From Alphaproteobacteria bacterium (GTDB taxonomy: Bacteria; Pseudomonadota; Alphaproteobacteria; UBA828), in the NCBI GenBank assembly GCA_965237415.1, contig CBDEFM010000001.1, positions 32,001 to 96,000 of the forward strand: a stretch of DNA of 64,000 nucleotides. The letters run 5' to 3'. Positions 47,804-58,319 of the stretch are shown here, piece after piece; position 1 is the stretch's first letter, and the number at the start of each line of letters is the position of its first letter. The translations under genes and the position numbers were made by a program. The notes below the pieces were generated by a model. That model had not been told where the DNA came from. It did no database searches and saw only the letters and a list, made by a program, of their open reading frames with translations.

Positions 47804-47923
47804 CGGCGCAGGCGCCACAGTGATATATACTCGACGATGCTACCCTGATCGCCTCACCGAACCGATCGCTCGGCCCGGCTCGACCCGGCGCCCGCGCCCC
47901 ATCATAACCGCACAGTGGCACCC

Positions 47924-49267
47924 ATGGATCTACTCGTCGACAAGCTGAACTATATCTGGCCGTTTCTCGCGATAATCACGCCCGTGGTTTTCTTCCACGA
48001 ACTTGGCCATTACCTGGTGGCCAGGATCAACGGCGTGCGCGTGGAAGTGTTCGCGGTCGGTTTCGGACCGGAGCTGTTCGGCATCGACGACCGTCACGGA
48101 ACGCGCTGGAAGCTCTGCGCGCTTCCGTTAGGCGGCTATGTGAAGTTCGCCGGCGACGCCGACGTCGCCAGCATGTCGGCCGAAGGCGACGGGCCGCTCC
48201 CGCCCGATTCATTCTACGCCAAATCGGTGGGGAAACGTTCGGCCATCGCGTTCGCGGGTCCGTTTGCGAACCTGCTGCTCGCGGCAGCGATCTTCGCCGT
48301 CTTCTTCATCGTGGTCGGCCAGCGATACACGCCGGTGGAGATCGGCGCCGTGCGCGAGGGCAGCCCTGCCGCCGTCGCTGGCCTCCAGCCGGGCGACAGG
48401 CTGGTCGAGCTCAACGGCAGCCGTGTCGAGCGGTTCGAGGAACTCCAGTTCACCCTCCTCCAGAGTCTGGGCGAGCCCATCACGCTTGCGGTCGAGCGCG
48501 GCGGCGCAGAGCTCGAGTTCACCGTGAAGCCGGAGATCGTCGAGGTGCTGGACGCCTTCGACCGGCCGCAGCAGCTGGGCGACATCGGCGTCCGGCCGTT
48601 CACGCCGGCCTCCGTCGCGCAGGTGGTCGCGGGCAGCCCGGCAGAGAGGGGCGGCCTGCAAGCGGGCGATAACATCGTCCGCATCGGAGACTCTGCGATC
48701 GAGAGCTTCGACCACCTTCGCACCATCGTGGAGCGGAACGCGGGAGTACCCCTCACCTTCGTCGTCGAACGCGGTGGTCGCGAGGTCCCGTTGACCGTGA
48801 CCCCGAACGACGTGAACGGGACGGGGCGGATCGGCGTCTACCCCGAAGAGCAGACTGCGTTCCGCGATTTGGGGGTCGGCGAGTCGATCTGGGCCGGCAT
48901 CGAACACACCTATACGCTCGCCGCCGCCAACCTCCGCGCGATCGGCCAGATGATCGTAGGAGCCCGCTCCACCGAGCAGCTGAGCGGACCCGTCGGTATC
49001 GCCGTCATGTCGCGAAGCGTGCTCGAGCGTGGCGTTTCCGGCTTCGTCGAGTTTGCAGCGCTGATCTCCATCGCCCTCGGCCTGATCAATCTGTTCCCGA
49101 TTCCGCCGCTCGACGGCGGACACCTGCTATACAACGGTCTGGAAGCCGCGTTCCGGCGCCCGCTCACCGCCCGGATTCAACAGATCGGCGCGACGGTCGG
49201 CCTGACGCTCGTTATCGCTTTGATGGTATGGGTGACCACGAAGGACATCATTGGCCTGACCTCATGA
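47924..49267 (+). CDS. rseP: RIP metalloprotease RseP (two PDZ domains)
   Basis: FFHELGH, FAVGFGP, PLGGYVKF, AGPFAN, NLFPIPPLDGGH. Confidence 0.95.
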   Translation: MDLLVDKLNYIWPFLAIITPVVFFHELGHYLVARINGVRVEVFAVGFGPELFGIDDRHGTRWKLCALPLGGYVKFAGDADVASMSAEGDGPLPPDSFYAKSVGKRSAIAFAGPFANLLLAAAIFAVFFIVVGQRYTPVEIGAVREGSPAAVAGLQPGDRLVELNGSRVERFEELQFTLLQSLGEPITLAVERGGAELEFTVKPEIVEVLDAFDRPQQLGDIGVRPFTPASVAQVVAGSPAERGGLQAGDNIVRIGDSAIESFDHLRTIVERNAGVPLTFVVERGGREVPLTVTPNDVNGTGRIGVYPEEQTAFRDLGVGESIWAGIEHTYTLAAANLRAIGQMIVGARSTEQLSGPVGIAVMSRSVLERGVSGFVEFAALISIALGLINLFPIPPLDGGHLLYNGLEAAFRRPLTARIQQIGATVGLTLVIALMVWVTTKDIIGLTS

Positions 49268-49320
49268 CCCAGCGAGCAAAGCCAATGCCAGGAGCGACAA
49301 CGGCACGCCCAAGGGGCCGG

Positions 49321-51579
49321 ATGCGACACATCGTCTGGCTGACGGCGCTCATCCTCGGCCTGTGGATCGGTGCTGCAACGGCACAGGAGAGCACGATCGG
49401 GTCCGTCCTCGTCGAGGGCAATGTGCGCATCGAGGTGGACACCATACGGTCCTATATGGCGATCGGCCCGGGCGACGAATTCGATTCCGATGCGGTCAAC
49501 GAGTCCCTCAAGAGCCTGTTCGCGACCGGCCTGTTCGCCGATGTGGCCATTCGGCGGGAAGGAAGCGCGCTGGTCGTCAGAGTGATCGAGAACCCGATCA
49601 TCAATCGCGTGGCTTTCGAGGGAAACGACGCCATCGAGGACAGCGAGCTCGAAGCCGAGATTCAGCTCCAGCCGCGCGCGGTCTACACCCGGCCGCGGGT
49701 GCAGTCGGATCTGCAGCGGTTGACCGAGATCTACCGGCGCAGCGGTCGTTTCGCCGCCACCATCGAGCCCAAGGTCATCCAGCTTCCGCAAAACCGGGTC
49801 GATCTCGTTTTCGAGGTGAACGAGGGGCCGATTACGGAAGTGCAGCGGATCAACTTCCTCGGCAACACTCACTTCAGCGACAGTGCGCTCCGGGACGTCA
49901 TCCAGACCGTAGAGAGTGCGTGGTATCGCTTCGCCACGAGTGCCGACACCTACGATCCCGACCGGCTGACGTTCGATCGCGAGCTGCTTCGCCGCTTCTA
50001 CCTCGCCAACGGCTACGTCGATTTCCGCGTGATCTCAGCGGTCGCCGAACTGACGCCGGATCGCCGCGACTTCATCATCACCTTCTCGCTCGAGGAGGGC
50101 GAGCGCTATCGGGTCGCCGCCATCGATATTCAAAGCAGGCTGCGGGACCTCGCGCCGGAGGACCTCTTCCCCATCGTCGAAATCGAAGAGGGAGACTGGT
50201 ACGACGCGGATCAGGTCGAGGACACGCTGCTCGCGCTGACGGAAGTCGTCGGCAGCCGCGGGTACGCCTTTGCCGACGTCAGCCCCCAAGTCGAACCGAA
50301 TCGCGAGGCGAATACCGTCGACGTGACCTTCGAAGTCGACGAGGGCCCGCGGGTCTATGTCGAGCGCATCGACATCGTCGGCAATGTCCGCACCCTTGAC
50401 GAGGTAATTCGTCGCGAGTTTCGGCTGGCGGAGGGAGATGCCTTCAACACGGCCCTCATTCGCCGCTCGCGACAGCGCATCATGAACCTCGGCTTCTTCA
50501 GCCAGGTCGATATCGACACCAGCGAAGGCACGGCACCGGACCGCACCGTCCTTACGGTGGAGGTCAGCGAAGTGGCCACGGGCGAGCTCAGCTTCGGCGC
50601 CGGCGTCTCGTCCGCCGAGGGTGTGCTCGGTGACATCGCCATTCGGGAGCGCAACCTGCTCGGCCGAGGACAAGAGCTCCGGCTCGCGCTTACGGTTTCC
50701 GAAAGTCACCAGGAGATCGATCTGAGCTTCACCGAGCCCTACTTCATGGACCGCGACGTCGCCGCCGGCGTCGACGTGTTCCGGAGAACGGTCGATCTGC
50801 AGGACGAAAGTTCATTCGATCGAGAGACCATCGGCTTCGTGACGCGAGCAGGTTATCCGTTGGCCGAGCGGCTGCGGCATACCGTCTCCTACACACTCAA
50901 GAACGATGAAGTCAGCGATGTTTCTCCCTCCACATCGCGATTCATTGCCGCGCAGGAGGGCGAGACGACCACCTCGGCGGTTGCCCATAGGCTGGAGTAC
51001 GACCTGCGCGACAGCCGCATCGACCCGACCGATGGCTACGTCGTCCGCTTCGGGCAGGAGCTCGCCGGGCTCGGCGGCGATGCGCAGTTCCTCAAGCACA
51101 CACTCACCTACGGCCACTTTTATTCGATCGCGGACGGGTGGGTGTTGAGCGCGATCGCGCGTGCCGGGCATATTTTCGGCATCGACGACGATGTGCGTAT
51201 CGTCGATCACTTCTTCCTCGGCGGCCGCAGGCTCCGGGGCTTCGAGCCAAGTGGCGTCGGCCCTCGCGATGCCGAAACCGGCGATGCGCTCGGCGGCAAT
51301 CTGTTCTATTCGCTGTCGGGCGAGCTGGGCTTTCCACTCGGCCTTCCCGATGAGATCAACCTGCGGGGCGCGATCTTCGTGGACGTGGGCACCCTTACCA
51401 CGATCGACGAATCAGGGCCGGAGCTTCTGGACGAAAGCTCGCCTCGGCTCTCCGCCGGCGTCGGGATCAATTTCCGCTCGCCGCTGGGTCCGATCCGGCT
51501 CGACTTCGCGCGGGCTCTCATAAAGGAAGACTTCGATCGAACCGAGAATTTCCGCTTCAGCTTCGGAACGAGGTTCTAG
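49321..51579 (+). CDS. bamA: Outer membrane protein assembly factor BamA
   Basis: Signal peptide, POTRA repeats, LRGFEPSGVGPRD, terminal FSFGTRF. Alternative start 49264. Confidence 0.95.
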   Translation: MRHIVWLTALILGLWIGAATAQESTIGSVLVEGNVRIEVDTIRSYMAIGPGDEFDSDAVNESLKSLFATGLFADVAIRREGSALVVRVIENPIINRVAFEGNDAIEDSELEAEIQLQPRAVYTRPRVQSDLQRLTEIYRRSGRFAATIEPKVIQLPQNRVDLVFEVNEGPITEVQRINFLGNTHFSDSALRDVIQTVESAWYRFATSADTYDPDRLTFDRELLRRFYLANGYVDFRVISAVAELTPDRRDFIITFSLEEGERYRVAAIDIQSRLRDLAPEDLFPIVEIEEGDWYDADQVEDTLLALTEVVGSRGYAFADVSPQVEPNREANTVDVTFEVDEGPRVYVERIDIVGNVRTLDEVIRREFRLAEGDAFNTALIRRSRQRIMNLGFFSQVDIDTSEGTAPDRTVLTVEVSEVATGELSFGAGVSSAEGVLGDIAIRERNLLGRGQELRLALTVSESHQEIDLSFTEPYFMDRDVAAGVDVFRRTVDLQDESSFDRETIGFVTRAGYPLAERLRHTVSYTLKNDEVSDVSPSTSRFIAAQEGETTTSAVAHRLEYDLRDSRIDPTDGYVVRFGQELAGLGGDAQFLKHTLTYGHFYSIADGWVLSAIARAGHIFGIDDDVRIVDHFFLGGRRLRGFEPSGVGPRDAETGDALGGNLFYSLSGELGFPLGLPDEINLRGAIFVDVGTLTTIDESGPELLDESSPRLSAGVGINFRSPLGPIRLDFARALIKEDFDRTENFRFSFGTRF

Positions 51580-51581
51580 CC

Positions 51582-52142
51582 ATGCGGGGATGGAGACGGC
51601 TCTGGCTGGTGCTCGCGCTCGCGGTCCCTTGTGCCCTGGGCAGCACCGCCGGTGCCTGGGCAGAAGAGCACGGGACGCGGATCGCCATCATCGAGATGGG
51701 GCGGATTCTCCAGGAGGCGACAGCCATCCACTCGATCCGGAGCCAAGGCGAGGCGCAGCGCAGGGCCTATGCCGAAGAGGCACAGCGCGAGGCGGAGCGG
51801 CTACGGGGAGTTCGGGACGAACTCATTCAGCAGCAGACGTTGCTCGCGCCCGCCGCCTTCGAGGAACGCCAGCGCGTTTTCAACGCCGAAGTCGCGACCG
51901 CCGACCAGAGGGCCAAGGCGCAGAACCAAATGCTGCAGCGCGCCGTCGCGGAGGGTGAGGTCCGCTTCCGCGAGGCCCTCGGCACCGTTGTCGCGGAGCT
52001 GGCGGAGGCGCGGGGTATCGAGATCGTATTGCCGGTCCACGCCTCGCTGTTCTCCGTCGCGGAGTTCAATCTGACCGACCTGGTCATCGAACGGTTGAAC
52101 GAAGCGTTCCCCGAGATTGCGCTGACGTTCGACGAGAGCTGA
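51582..52142 (+). CDS. skp: OmpH/Skp chaperone
   Basis: Signal peptide, IAIIEMGRI, coiled coil, [11 protein letters not shown]; position after bamA. Confidence 0.85.
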   Translation: MRGWRRLWLVLALAVPCALGSTAGAWAEEHGTRIAIIEMGRILQEATAIHSIRSQGEAQRRAYAEEAQREAERLRGVRDELIQQQTLLAPAAFEERQRVFNAEVATADQRAKAQNQMLQRAVAEGEVRFREALGTVVAELAEARGIEIVLPVHASLFSVAEFNLTDLVIERLNEAFPEIALTFDES

Positions 52143-53170
52143 TGCCCGATCCACGCTTCTTCGCCGTGGCGGGTCCGTTCGCGCTGGCCGAGATCGCCGA
52201 GGCCGTCGGCGCGCTTCTCGCGGCCGGTGCAGACCCGGCGAAGACGCTCAGCGATGTGGCTCCGCTCGGGCAAGCGGGGCCCGAGCACCTGAGCTTCCTC
52301 GACAATCGCAAGTACGTCGAAGCGTTCGCCATCTGCCGCGCCGGCGCCTGCATCGCACCGGCTGCGTTGGCCGACCGCGCGCCGCCAGACGTGGCGATAT
52401 TGACGAGCGAGGCTCCGTACAAGTCTTACGCGCTGGCCGCAGCCTTGTTCTATCCCGTGTCAGCGCCCACACCGGAGGTGCATCCTGCGGCGGTCATCGA
52501 CCCGGCGGCGACGGTCGGCGAAGGGTGCCGGATCGAGGCCGGCGCCGTCATCGAGGCCAGCGCGCGCCTAGGCGCTCGCTGCCTGATCGGGGCCAACGTC
52601 ACGATCGGGACTGCGGTCGAGATCGGCGAAGATACGCGAATCGGTGCCGGCGCCTCGCTCAGCCATTGCATCGTGGGCGCACGGGTGTCGATCTTTCCCG
52701 GAGTGCGGATCGGCCAGGAGGGCTTCGGCTTCGCGGTCGACAAGAGCGGCCACGTGAGGGTTCCCCAGCTCGGCCGCGTCCTGATCGAGGATGATGTCGA
52801 GATCGGCGCCAACACCACCATCGACCGCGGAGCCGGCCCCGATACCGTGATCGGCCAAGGCTGCCGCATCGACAATCTGGTGCAAATCGCCCACAACGTC
52901 CGCATCGGGCGCGGCACCATGATCGCGGCGCAAGCCGGCATCGCGGGCAGCGCCAGGATCGGCGACTTCGTGCTGATCGGCGGGCAGGTGGGGGTGGTGG
53001 GCCACCTCACGGTTGGCGACGGTGTGCGGCTCGTCGGCCAGAGCGGCATAATCCGCGACATCGAGCCGGGCGAGACCTACGCCGGCACGCCCGCCGTGCC
53101 GATCCGGCAATGGCACCGTCAAACCGCACAGTTGGCGCGACTGGCAAGAGGCAGAGCGTCCCCGGAATGA
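52142..53170 (+). CDS. lpxD: UDP-3-O-acylglucosamine N-acyltransferase
   Basis: MPDPRFF, hexapeptide repeats, [22 protein letters not shown]. Confidence 0.95.
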   Translation: MPDPRFFAVAGPFALAEIAEAVGALLAAGADPAKTLSDVAPLGQAGPEHLSFLDNRKYVEAFAICRAGACIAPAALADRAPPDVAILTSEAPYKSYALAAALFYPVSAPTPEVHPAAVIDPAATVGEGCRIEAGAVIEASARLGARCLIGANVTIGTAVEIGEDTRIGAGASLSHCIVGARVSIFPGVRIGQEGFGFAVDKSGHVRVPQLGRVLIEDDVEIGANTTIDRGAGPDTVIGQGCRIDNLVQIAHNVRIGRGTMIAAQAGIAGSARIGDFVLIGGQVGVVGHLTVGDGVRLVGQSGIIRDIEPGETYAGTPAVPIRQWHRQTAQLARLARGRASPE

Positions 53171-53637
53171 ACGAGACGACACCGAAGCAGACCGTGGAGC
53201 GCATGGACATCGAGGATATCCTCGAGGCGATCCCCCACCGTTATCCGTTCCTCATGATAGACCGGGTCATCGACGTGATCCCGGACGAGAGCGCCATCGG
53301 CATCAAGAACGTATCGATCAACGAATCGTATTTTCACGGCCACTTCCCGCGCCGGCCGGTGATGCCGGGCGTGCTGATCATCGAATCGATGGCACAGAGT
53401 GCCGCCGTGCTCGTGGTGGCGACCCTTGGCTCGGCGATGGCGGGCAAGCTCGTGTACTTCATGTCGATCGACGACTGCCGCTTCCGACGGCCCGTGGTGC
53501 CGGGTGATCAGCTTTTCGTCCATGTGACCAAGAAGCACCGCCGCCGGAACGTGTGGAAGTTCGAGGCCAGAGCTGCAGTGGACGACCAGACGGTCGCGGA
53601 AGCGACATACTCGGCGATGATCCTGGAAGACAGCTGA
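53167..53637 (+). CDS. fabZ: 3-hydroxyacyl-ACP dehydratase
   Basis: [31 protein letters not shown]. Confidence 0.95.
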   Translation: MNETTPKQTVERMDIEDILEAIPHRYPFLMIDRVIDVIPDESAIGIKNVSINESYFHGHFPRRPVMPGVLIIESMAQSAAVLVVATLGSAMAGKLVYFMSIDDCRFRRPVVPGDQLFVHVTKKHRRRNVWKFEARAAVDDQTVAEATYSAMILEDS

Positions 53638-53638
53638 C

Positions 53639-54439
53639 GTGGCGGATATTCACCCGACCGCGATCGTCGAGCCCGGCGCCGAGCTCGGCGAGGGCGTCAG
53701 CATCGGCCCTTACTGCATCGTGGGTGGCGACGTCGTGCTCGGCGACGAGGTTCGGCTGGTCTCGCACGCCGTCGTTGCCGGCCGCACGACCATCGGGCCG
53801 CGCACGAGCATCTATCCCTTCGCCTCGATCGGCCATCCGCCCCAGGACACCAAGTACCGGGGCGAGCCGTCGCGTCTGGAGATCGGCGTCGACAACGTCA
53901 TCCGCGAGCACGTGACCATGAGTCCGGGGACGCCTCACGGCCGCATGCTGACGCGCGTCGGCAACAACTGCCTGTTCATGATCGCAACCCACGTCGCCCA
54001 TGACTGCATCGTGGGCGACCATGTCGTCATGGCCAACAATGCGACCTTGGGCGGCCACGTGAGGGTGGACGACTGGGCCATTCTCGGCGGCCTCGCCGGC
54101 GTGCATCAGTTCGTTCGCATCGGGCGCCACGCGATCGTCGGCGGCATGTCCGGCGTCGAGCACGACATCATCCCTTACGGCTCTGCTATGGGCGACCGCG
54201 CCCGGCTGACGGGGCTCAACTTGATCGGGCTCAAGCGCCGGGGCTTCAGCCGCGACATCGTCCACGATCTCCGGCGTGCCTTCCGCCTGCTTTTTGCGCA
54301 AGAGGGGACTATGTCGGAGCGTCTCGCGGACGTTGCCGAGCTGTTCCGGGACAACGAGCCGGTCATGGACATCGTCGACTTCATACGGCTCGATCGCGAC
54401 CGCTCGATATGCCAGCCCCGGGACGATGGAAACGAGTAG
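53639..54439 (+). CDS. lpxA: UDP-N-acetylglucosamine O-acyltransferase
   Basis: IHPTAIVE, PPQDTKY, HVAHDC, HQFVRIG, GLNLIGLKRRGF. Confidence 0.95.
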   Translation: MADIHPTAIVEPGAELGEGVSIGPYCIVGGDVVLGDEVRLVSHAVVAGRTTIGPRTSIYPFASIGHPPQDTKYRGEPSRLEIGVDNVIREHVTMSPGTPHGRMLTRVGNNCLFMIATHVAHDCIVGDHVVMANNATLGGHVRVDDWAILGGLAGVHQFVRIGRHAIVGGMSGVEHDIIPYGSAMGDRARLTGLNLIGLKRRGFSRDIVHDLRRAFRLLFAQEGTMSERLADVAELFRDNEPVMDIVDFIRLDRDRSICQPRDDGNE

Positions 54440-55244
54440 TCTCGGGATCCTTGCCGGCGGCGGACCGCTGCCGGGCCTCATCGCGCGAGCCTCGGTCGGT
54501 GAAGGCCGCGATGTCCTGGTCATCGCCTTCGAAGGCGAAACGGACCCGGCGACGTGCGAAGGCGTTCCACACCGTTGGCTCGGGCTCGGCGCGGTCGGCG
54601 CCCTCCTCAAGGCGCTGCGGCGGGCAAACTGCCGCGAGGTGGTGCTTGCCGGTTCGATCCGCCGGCCGTCTCTCTCCACCATCAGACCGGACCTGCGCGG
54701 CATGCGCCTCATGGGACGCATCGCAAGCGCGCGGGGCAAGGGCGACGACGCACTCCTCTCGCTGGTGATCGCGGAGCTCGAGGAGGAGGGCTATGCCGTG
54801 GTCGGCGTCGACGACCTGATTGCGTCCTTGTGCGCGCCTGCGGGCGTGATCGGCGAGCGCGCACCCGACGACGTTGCCGAACGCGACATCGCCATCGGCG
54901 TCGAAGCCGCGCGCGCGCTCGGCGCCCACGATATCGGCCAAGCCGTCGTCGTGCAGGCCGGGCGCGTTCTCGGTGTCGAGGGCGTCGAAGGAACGGACGG
55001 GCTTATCGAACGCTGTGCCGCGCTTCAGGAGGCGGGGCCGGGCGCGGTGCTCGTCAAGATGAGGAAGCCGGGCCAGGAGCGTCGGGCCGACCTTCCGACG
55101 ATCGGGCTCACCACGATCGAGAAGCTCGCGGAGGCCGGCTTCAGCGGCGTGGCGTTCGAGGCGGGCGAGACGCTGATCCTGGAGCGCGCTCAGGCGGTCG
55201 CGCGCGCCGACGCGCACGGCGTGTTCATGATCGGCGTGAGCTGA
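54426..55244 (+). CDS. lpxI: UDP-2,3-diacylglucosamine diphosphatase LpxI
   Basis: LGILAGGGPLP, GDDALL, DIGQAVVV, EGTDGLI, QERRADLPTIG. Confidence 0.9.
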   Translation: METSSLGILAGGGPLPGLIARASVGEGRDVLVIAFEGETDPATCEGVPHRWLGLGAVGALLKALRRANCREVVLAGSIRRPSLSTIRPDLRGMRLMGRIASARGKGDDALLSLVIAELEEEGYAVVGVDDLIASLCAPAGVIGERAPDDVAERDIAIGVEAARALGAHDIGQAVVVQAGRVLGVEGVEGTDGLIERCAALQEAGPGAVLVKMRKPGQERRADLPTIGLTTIEKLAEAGFSGVAFEAGETLILERAQAVARADAHGVFMIGVS

Positions 55245-55252
55245 CGGACGAA

Positions 55253-56443
55253 ATGATTCGGGACGCGCCGCTGATCTTCCTGATTGCCGGCGAGCCGTCC
55301 GGCGATCTCATCGCTTCCCGCCTGATGGCGGCGCTCAAGCGGCGCTCAGGCAACGGCGTGCGGTTCGCCGGTATCGGCGGTCCGCTCATGGCCGAACAGG
55401 GGCTGGAGAGCCTGTTCCCCTACTCCGAGCTCTCGATGCTGGGGGTTTTGGAAGTCGTGCCCCACGTGCCGCGCTTGCTTGCGCGTATTCGGGCCACCGC
55501 GCGCACCGCGCGCCGGCTGCGGCCGGCGGCCTTCGTCTCGGTCGACGTGCCGGGTTTCGCGCTCCGTGTCGCGCGCAGGCTGAAGGGTGCCGACTTTCCC
55601 CTGATCCACTATGTGGCGCCCACCGTCTGGGCCTACCGGCCGGGGCGCGCGGCGGAGATCGCGCGCTATCTCGACCGCGTGCTTTGCCTCTTCCCGTTCG
55701 AACCACCCTATTTCGAGGCGGAGGGCCTGAACGCGAGCTTCGTCGGCCACCCCCTGGTGGAAGAGCCCATCGACGATGCCAACGGGCCGGCCTTCCGCAG
55801 ACGCCACGGCATCGCGCCGGCACAACCCGTGATCGCCGTCTTGCCAGGCAGCCGGGCCAGCGAGCTGCGCCGGCATGAGCCGGTGTTCGGAGAGGTCGTG
55901 CGAATGCTCGCCCGGCGCATCGAGGGTCTCCGCATCCTGGTGCCAACGCTGCCGCAGAACCGCGCGACTGTTGCCGCCCAGACCGCGTCATGGGGGGCGT
56001 CGGTTACCGTGGTCGAGGGCAAGGCGGAAAAGTATGCCGCGTTCGCGGCGAGCGACGTGGCGCTCACGGCCTCCGGCATGGCGACGCTGGAACTCGCGCT
56101 CGCAGGTGTTCCCATGATCGTCTGCTATCGGGCTAACCCGCTGACGGCGGCGATCGCGCGGCGAGTCGTCACGGTGCCGTATGTCGCGATGCCCAACATC
56201 ATCGCCGATCGCCCAGCCGCACCGGAATTCTTGCAGCGCGATTGCACCCCCCGACGCCTCGTGCCCGCGGTCGAGCAACTGCTTCAGGACCCCGACCGCC
56301 AGCGCGAGCAGATCGACAGCTTCAGTGAGATCGCCGCCCGGCTCGGACGCGGCGGCCCACCGCCGAGCGAACGCGCGGCCGAGGCTGTGCTGCACATGAT
56401 CGATGGGACGGCGCAGCGTGGCCACCGACCCACCGCGCGCTGA
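55253..56443 (+). CDS. lpxB: Lipid-A-disaccharide synthase
   Basis: IAGEPSGD, HYVAPTVWAYR, LFPFE, VGHPL, LPGSRASE, ASGMATLELAL. Confidence 0.95.
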   Translation: MIRDAPLIFLIAGEPSGDLIASRLMAALKRRSGNGVRFAGIGGPLMAEQGLESLFPYSELSMLGVLEVVPHVPRLLARIRATARTARRLRPAAFVSVDVPGFALRVARRLKGADFPLIHYVAPTVWAYRPGRAAEIARYLDRVLCLFPFEPPYFEAEGLNASFVGHPLVEEPIDDANGPAFRRRHGIAPAQPVIAVLPGSRASELRRHEPVFGEVVRMLARRIEGLRILVPTLPQNRATVAAQTASWGASVTVVEGKAEKYAAFAASDVALTASGMATLELALAGVPMIVCYRANPLTAAIARRVVTVPYVAMPNIIADRPAAPEFLQRDCTPRRLVPAVEQLLQDPDRQREQIDSFSEIAARLGRGGPPPSERAAEAVLHMIDGTAQRGHRPTAR

Positions 56444-56451
56444 CGGTTGCA

Positions 56452-57354
56452 ATGGCGCTGTCGCTCATCCTCATCCTCATCGCCGGCATCAACTTCAGCC
56501 TGCTGATCCCGGTCAACAAGATCGCCGGCGACGCCGGATTCCCCAATTTCGCCTATGTGTTCTGGTACGCCCTTGGCGCCGGGTTGATTCTGCTGGTCCC
56601 GGCGATCATCCGTCGCGAGCTGCCGCAACTCACGGTGCCGCACCTCAGGCTCTATTTCATCAGCGCCACATTGGGCTTCGCTTTTCCGTTCGCGCTGCTC
56701 GCTTTCGTCGCCACCAAACTGCCCTCTGGCGTCACCGTTCTCCTGATCACGCTCACGCCGCTCTTCACCTATTCCCTCGCGGTCATCGCGCGGCTGGAGC
56801 GCTTTCAACCCATCTGCGCGGCGGGGCTCTTGGCGGGCATCGCCGGGGTCCTCCTCATCGTCATTCCGGGCGACAGCCTGCCGGCACCGAGCATGGCCGT
56901 CTGGTTTCTTATCGCGCTGCTGATTCCCTTCGGGTTCGGGGCGCTCAACGTGATCGTCGAGCGCTTTCGCCCGCCCGAGGCGTCTTCGCTCGGGCTTGCG
57001 ATCGGCAACCTCTTCGCCGGTGCGCTGCTGCTCCTCCCGTTCTTGCCGGCAACCGGCCAGCTCTACCTCTTCCCCGGGCCGGATCTGGACGGCGATCTCG
57101 CGCTCGTCGCGGCGGTCGTCATCAACGCGATCATGTGGCCGATGTTCTACATAATCGTGCGCCGCGCCGGCGCCTCGCTCTTCTCCATCATGACGATCAT
57201 CGGTGTGGTCGGCGGTATCGGTTGGGGCATCCTCTTCTTCGACGAGACCCACTCTGCCTATGTGTGGGGCGCCGCAGGGCTCATGCTTGCCGCCTTCGTC
57301 ATGATGGTGATTGGCTCGATCCGCTCCCGCGGGCCTGCCGCGCACGCCGACTGA
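56452..57354 (+). CDS. DMT/EamA family transporter
   Basis: About 10 hydrophobic segments in two repeats; WGILFFDE. Confidence 0.8.
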   Translation: MALSLILILIAGINFSLLIPVNKIAGDAGFPNFAYVFWYALGAGLILLVPAIIRRELPQLTVPHLRLYFISATLGFAFPFALLAFVATKLPSGVTVLLITLTPLFTYSLAVIARLERFQPICAAGLLAGIAGVLLIVIPGDSLPAPSMAVWFLIALLIPFGFGALNVIVERFRPPEASSLGLAIGNLFAGALLLLPFLPATGQLYLFPGPDLDGDLALVAAVVINAIMWPMFYIIVRRAGASLFSIMTIIGVVGGIGWGILFFDETHSAYVWGAAGLMLAAFVMMVIGSIRSRGPAAHAD

Positions 57355-57445
57355 GCGCCTGACGCAGGAGCGCGTTCGACATCTCGCGCACGATGGCGTC
57401 GACGCGTCGCGCGAGGATGGGCGTGGCGACCGGGTCCCTTATCAT
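57299..57445 (-). pseudogene. N-terminal fragment of a hydantoinase B/oxoprolinase gene
   Basis: MIRDPVATPILARRVDAIVREMSNALLR resembles the family N-terminus, then runs into the antisense of the EamA gene. Confidence 0.5.
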
Positions 57446-57498
57446 CCCGGCCGACCCGTGGGGCGGCGCCCCTCGTATCGTTCTCCGCCGCCGCCGGC

Positions 57499-57523
57499 AA
57501 AAAAGTGCTCGCCGATGGCGAGC
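57499..57523 (-). terminator. Rho-independent terminator of cold-shock gene
   Basis: Minus strand GCTCGCC-ATC-GGCGAGC followed by ACTTTTTT. Confidence 0.7.
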
Positions 57524-57527
57524 GGCC

Positions 57528-58082
57528 TCAGATCAGCTCGACATTGGTCGCCTGCGGCCCGCGCGGGCCTTGCGTGATCGTCAGCCGCACGCGCTGCTGA
57601 GGCTCCAGATCGTCGATGCCGGAACGGGCCAGCACCTTGGCATGGATGAACACGTCCTGCCCGCCGCTGTCCGGCGTGACGAAGCCGTAGCTCTTGCCCA
57701 CGTTATAGAACTTGACCGTGCCCTCGACTTCCTCGGTCGGGCCCGTCGGCTCGTCATAGCGCCGGCTCTGGAAGCCGCCGGGGCCGGGGCCGGGGCGGCG
57801 CGGCCGGTCTCCCCGCGGCGGCATGACGGTCGCCGTCGAGGTATCGACGTCAAGGATTTGCGAGACCTGCGGGCCTTTCTGCCCCTGCACGATCTCGCAT
57901 TTGACGGTGGCCCCTTGGGGCAGCGAGTCGAAGCCAGCCCGCTCGACCGCGGACACATGGCAAAAGACATCGGGGGAGCCGTCGTCGGGCACAAGAAAGC
58001 CGAATCCCTTGGTCGGGTTGAACCACTTGACCTGGGCCGTGATTGAGTCGCCTTCGGTAGGCGGCGAACTGATGTCTGACAT
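57528..58082 (-). CDS. Tandem cold-shock domain protein
   Basis: Two CSDs: VKWFNPTKGFGF...DVFCH and VKFYNVGKSYGF...DVFIH, with an R/G/P-rich linker. Confidence 0.92.
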   Translation of the reverse strand: MSDISSPPTEGDSITAQVKWFNPTKGFGFLVPDDGSPDVFCHVSAVERAGFDSLPQGATVKCEIVQGQKGPQVSQILDVDTSTATVMPPRGDRPRRPGPGPGGFQSRRYDEPTGPTEEVEGTVKFYNVGKSYGFVTPDSGGQDVFIHAKVLARSGIDDLEPQQRVRLTITQGPRGPQATNVELI

Positions 58083-58319
58083 GATGGACCAACTTGTTTG
58101 CTGTGAGATGGGCGCCTCGGCGGGTTCTCCCGCTTCGTTGGGAGCAACATCATAGCGGCTTCCGCGTCGGCTCCACATTTTATTCTGCGCGTTCCGCATC
58201 CCGTGCACGAAATTGTTGAGCGGCAGGCGCAAGCCCGGAACGCGAGACATTGACGGCAGGGGCAGCACCGCCTTACCGTCCGGGCCAGATCGCGCAACGC
58301 CACCGGGGAGGCTGCAGCC

